A stretch of DNA of 63,042 nucleotides, counting the filler. It is 4 parts of 4 records of this genome, joined end to end, with 100 filler letters (N's around TTAATTAATTAA, not from the genome) between each part and the next. Parts side by side here need not be neighbours in the genome. Positions count along the whole stretch, not along the records: positions 53,339 to 63,042 come from SRR20825019_884; 3 more parts are not named here. One strand, 5' to 3'. This document shows, in pieces, positions 61,079 through 63,042 of this stretch. Position 1 is the first letter of the stretch; each line of letters begins with the position of its first letter. Under the pieces are notes generated by a model. That model searched no databases, was not told the DNA's origin, and saw nothing but the letters and a program-made list of their open reading frames with translations. The position numbers were made by a program, and so were the translations under genes.

Positions 61079-62887
61079 ATGGAATTGGACATTACAGACG
61101 AATTAAAAGGCTATTTTGATGCCAGAGGTAGAGTTGTTTTAAATGCCTGTCCAGGCGGTGGTAAAACTACTGCTATTGCTCAAAAAGTTATCAACCTCGA
61201 AGACGAATACAAAAGCAGTTATGGTAATCATTCAGGAATTGCCTGTATCTCTTTTACAAATGCTGCAAAAGATGAGCTTAACCTAACTTACAATCAACTT
61301 TGTGGTAGAAGTCTAAAATACCCACATTTAGTTAGCACTATTGATAGCTTCATTAACACCTACATCACATTACCATTTTACTATCTTCTTGAACGAAATT
61401 TTGCACGACCACAAATTTTGGAAAGCAATGCCCGTTTAGATTTATTCTGGAAAACGAAATACACCAACAAGAAAGGTCAGTTAATGGATGGTCTCAAAAA
61501 TCCAATGAATTCTTTAAAAGCTAAGTCGGGAAGAAGCATCTATTATCAATACTTGCCATCCACGATAAGACTGGAACCCGATGGAAGCTATTCTGTAAAT
61601 GGGAATGCCCCTTCAGAAGAAAAAGTTGATTTGGCTATTTTTGAGAAATACTGTAAATATGTTAAAGGCTGGCAATTTGAAAATGGCCTAATAACTACCA
61701 ATGATTCTGCCTATATTGCCTTAAGACTACTAAGAAAGAATCCAAGAATAAGTAAATGGCTTGCAAGCAGGTTTCCTCATATAATTGTTGACGAGGCACA
61801 AGATAATTCTCTTATGCAACATCACATTTTTGAGGAATTGAACAGTCAAGGATTAGCGAATATTGAGTTTATTGGCGACCCCTATCAAAGCTTGTATGAA
61901 TTTAGGGATGCTAACCCACAATTATTTTTAGACAAATATAATAACGATGATTATACAGGTTTAGATTTATCAAACAATAGAAGGTCGCCCCAACGTATAA
62001 TTGACTGTTTCTCACTTTTACGACCAGAAACAGAACGCACAATTAAGAGTGCTTGTACGACCGACCTAAAGGAATCTATTCTTGTATATAAATACAAATC
62101 GGATGACAGGGGCGATATTATTGGTCATTTTGAAGAATACTGCAGTAACAAAGGATTTGGAAAGCTGAAAGTAGTTGTACGTGGAAATAGTATGAGAAAC
62201 AAAATGTTAGGTAGAGATGCCCAACAACGTCCTTGGCACAACCAATTAGCCTATGACCTTATCGCCGCTAAAATTGAGTATGATGATAGAAATTTAAAAG
62301 AAGCCATTAACATAGCCCGCAATATTATAATTCGCTTGGAAAATAGAGGATTATCTTTTGTTGATTTTGGCCATTTGCGAGCCGACCTAAAAACTGATTA
62401 TCTCTATAATGCCCGCATCATAAAATTTGTTGAAGGGTTGCCAGAACTTTCAAATACCGTAGAAGACTGGTCAAAGCTATGCCCAGCTTACGTAAAGAAA
62501 GTTTTAAATCTCGATTATGATATTGATTTTAAAATAAAGAAAACTTCAAAATATTTTGCAAAGGCTACGAGAACAGACCCTATCACAGCTCATTTCAATC
62601 GTGTCGATATTGATAAAACCAGCTCGCTGACCACAGTTCATCAAGTTAAAGGAAAAACATTGGATGCTATCCTAATATTTTTTGATGAAAAAAACCACGC
62701 AAGCAATATTAATTTTAGAGATTTAGAGCCTGATGCCGATGGTTTCATTAAAGAAAAGAAACGTATAATCTACGTTGCGATGTCGAGACCTAAACATCTT
62801 TTGGCGATGGCATTTCCTGAAAAAATTACAGATAAACAATTAATTGAAAAGTTCGGGAAAGAGATTTCAATCATTGATCTTGATTGA
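61079..62887 (+). CDS. gajB: UvrD-like SF1 helicase (GajB-like)
   Basis: ACPGGGKTT, ISFTN, VDEAQD, GDPYQSLYEFR, TVHQVKG, YVAMSRP; starts 2 nt after the OLD gene. Confidence 0.85.
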   Translation: MELDITDELKGYFDARGRVVLNACPGGGKTTAIAQKVINLEDEYKSSYGNHSGIACISFTNAAKDELNLTYNQLCGRSLKYPHLVSTIDSFINTYITLPFYYLLERNFARPQILESNARLDLFWKTKYTNKKGQLMDGLKNPMNSLKAKSGRSIYYQYLPSTIRLEPDGSYSVNGNAPSEEKVDLAIFEKYCKYVKGWQFENGLITTNDSAYIALRLLRKNPRISKWLASRFPHIIVDEAQDNSLMQHHIFEELNSQGLANIEFIGDPYQSLYEFRDANPQLFLDKYNNDDYTGLDLSNNRRSPQRIIDCFSLLRPETERTIKSACTTDLKESILVYKYKSDDRGDIIGHFEEYCSNKGFGKLKVVVRGNSMRNKMLGRDAQQRPWHNQLAYDLIAAKIEYDDRNLKEAINIARNIIIRLENRGLSFVDFGHLRADLKTDYLYNARIIKFVEGLPELSNTVEDWSKLCPAYVKKVLNLDYDIDFKIKKTSKYFAKATRTDPITAHFNRVDIDKTSSLTTVHQVKGKTLDAILIFFDEKNHASNINFRDLEPDADGFIKEKKRIIYVAMSRPKHLLAMAFPEKITDKQLIEKFGKEISIIDLD

Positions 62888-62900
62888 AAGATTGTCTTTC

Positions 62901-63041
62901 TTAATTAAATATAGACTTCGCCTCATCATAAATCCTATCAAAATTATCCGCTAAATCCGCCTGAGAAAATTGCTTGGATTCTTCAGGAAGTTGCCTTTGG
63001 ATTCTTGACAATTTAAACTGCACTTTCTTATCCTTACCAGC
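62901..63041 (-). CDS. C-terminal end of an unidentified gene entering from the window end
   Basis: Open frame AGKDKKVQFKLSRIQRQLPEESKQFSQADLADNFDRIYDEAKSIFN*. Confidence 0.6.
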   Translation of the reverse strand, partial: AGKDKKVQFKLSRIQRQLPEESKQFSQADLADNFDRIYDEAKSIFN

Positions 63042-63042
63042 A

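Larger units (their letters stand above)
53339..63042. mobile_element. Internal segment of a Bacteroidota integrative conjugative element (tra genes plus defence cargo); ends not in window
   Basis: Ordered DUF4141-like/traJ-like/traK/traM/traN cluster followed by nuclease and helicase genes. Confidence 0.85.

Noticed and set aside
1..63042. CRISPR array, rRNA, integrase or transposase
   Set aside because: None seen by eye; the only regular short repeat (57852-57923) is a coding tandem repeat without spacers

Overview
The window is not one locus. It is four unrelated contigs joined by three identical artificial 100-nt spacers (N44-TTAATTAATTAA-N44 at 26807-26906, 39976-40075, 53239-53338). 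Contig 1 (1-26806) is an AT-rich Flavobacteriaceae-type chromosome segment: rnhB, hemL, lysS, lipB, two T9SS-secreted metallopeptidases, a TPR sensor kinase/LytTR pair and a truncated repeat adhesin. Contig 2 (26907-39975) is a Flavobacteriaceae-type core region (tsf, pyrH, frr, MMPL, HTTM/VKGC, ribF, pth, rplY, prs, half a tRNA-Leu) with a two-gene insertion between tsf and pyrH. Contig 3 (40076-53238) is GC-rich eukaryotic nuclear DNA with short GT-AG introns. By manual splicing it encodes a UBE3B-like HECT ligase (at least 19 exons), a secreted glycosidase-like protein, site-1 protease and prenylcysteine oxidase. Contig 4 (53339-63042) is a Bacteroidota ICE segment (tra genes) carrying a Gabija-like OLD-nuclease/UvrD pair divergently paired with a Schlafen/AlbA_2-HATPase-wHTH gene. 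The best candidates for something undescribed are the Schlafen+Gabija-like cargo module, an orphan toxin-tail/DUF6705 cassette, candidate small RNAs around the LytTR two-component system, and the unidentified eukaryote. All family calls come from motif recognition by eye; no database search was run.
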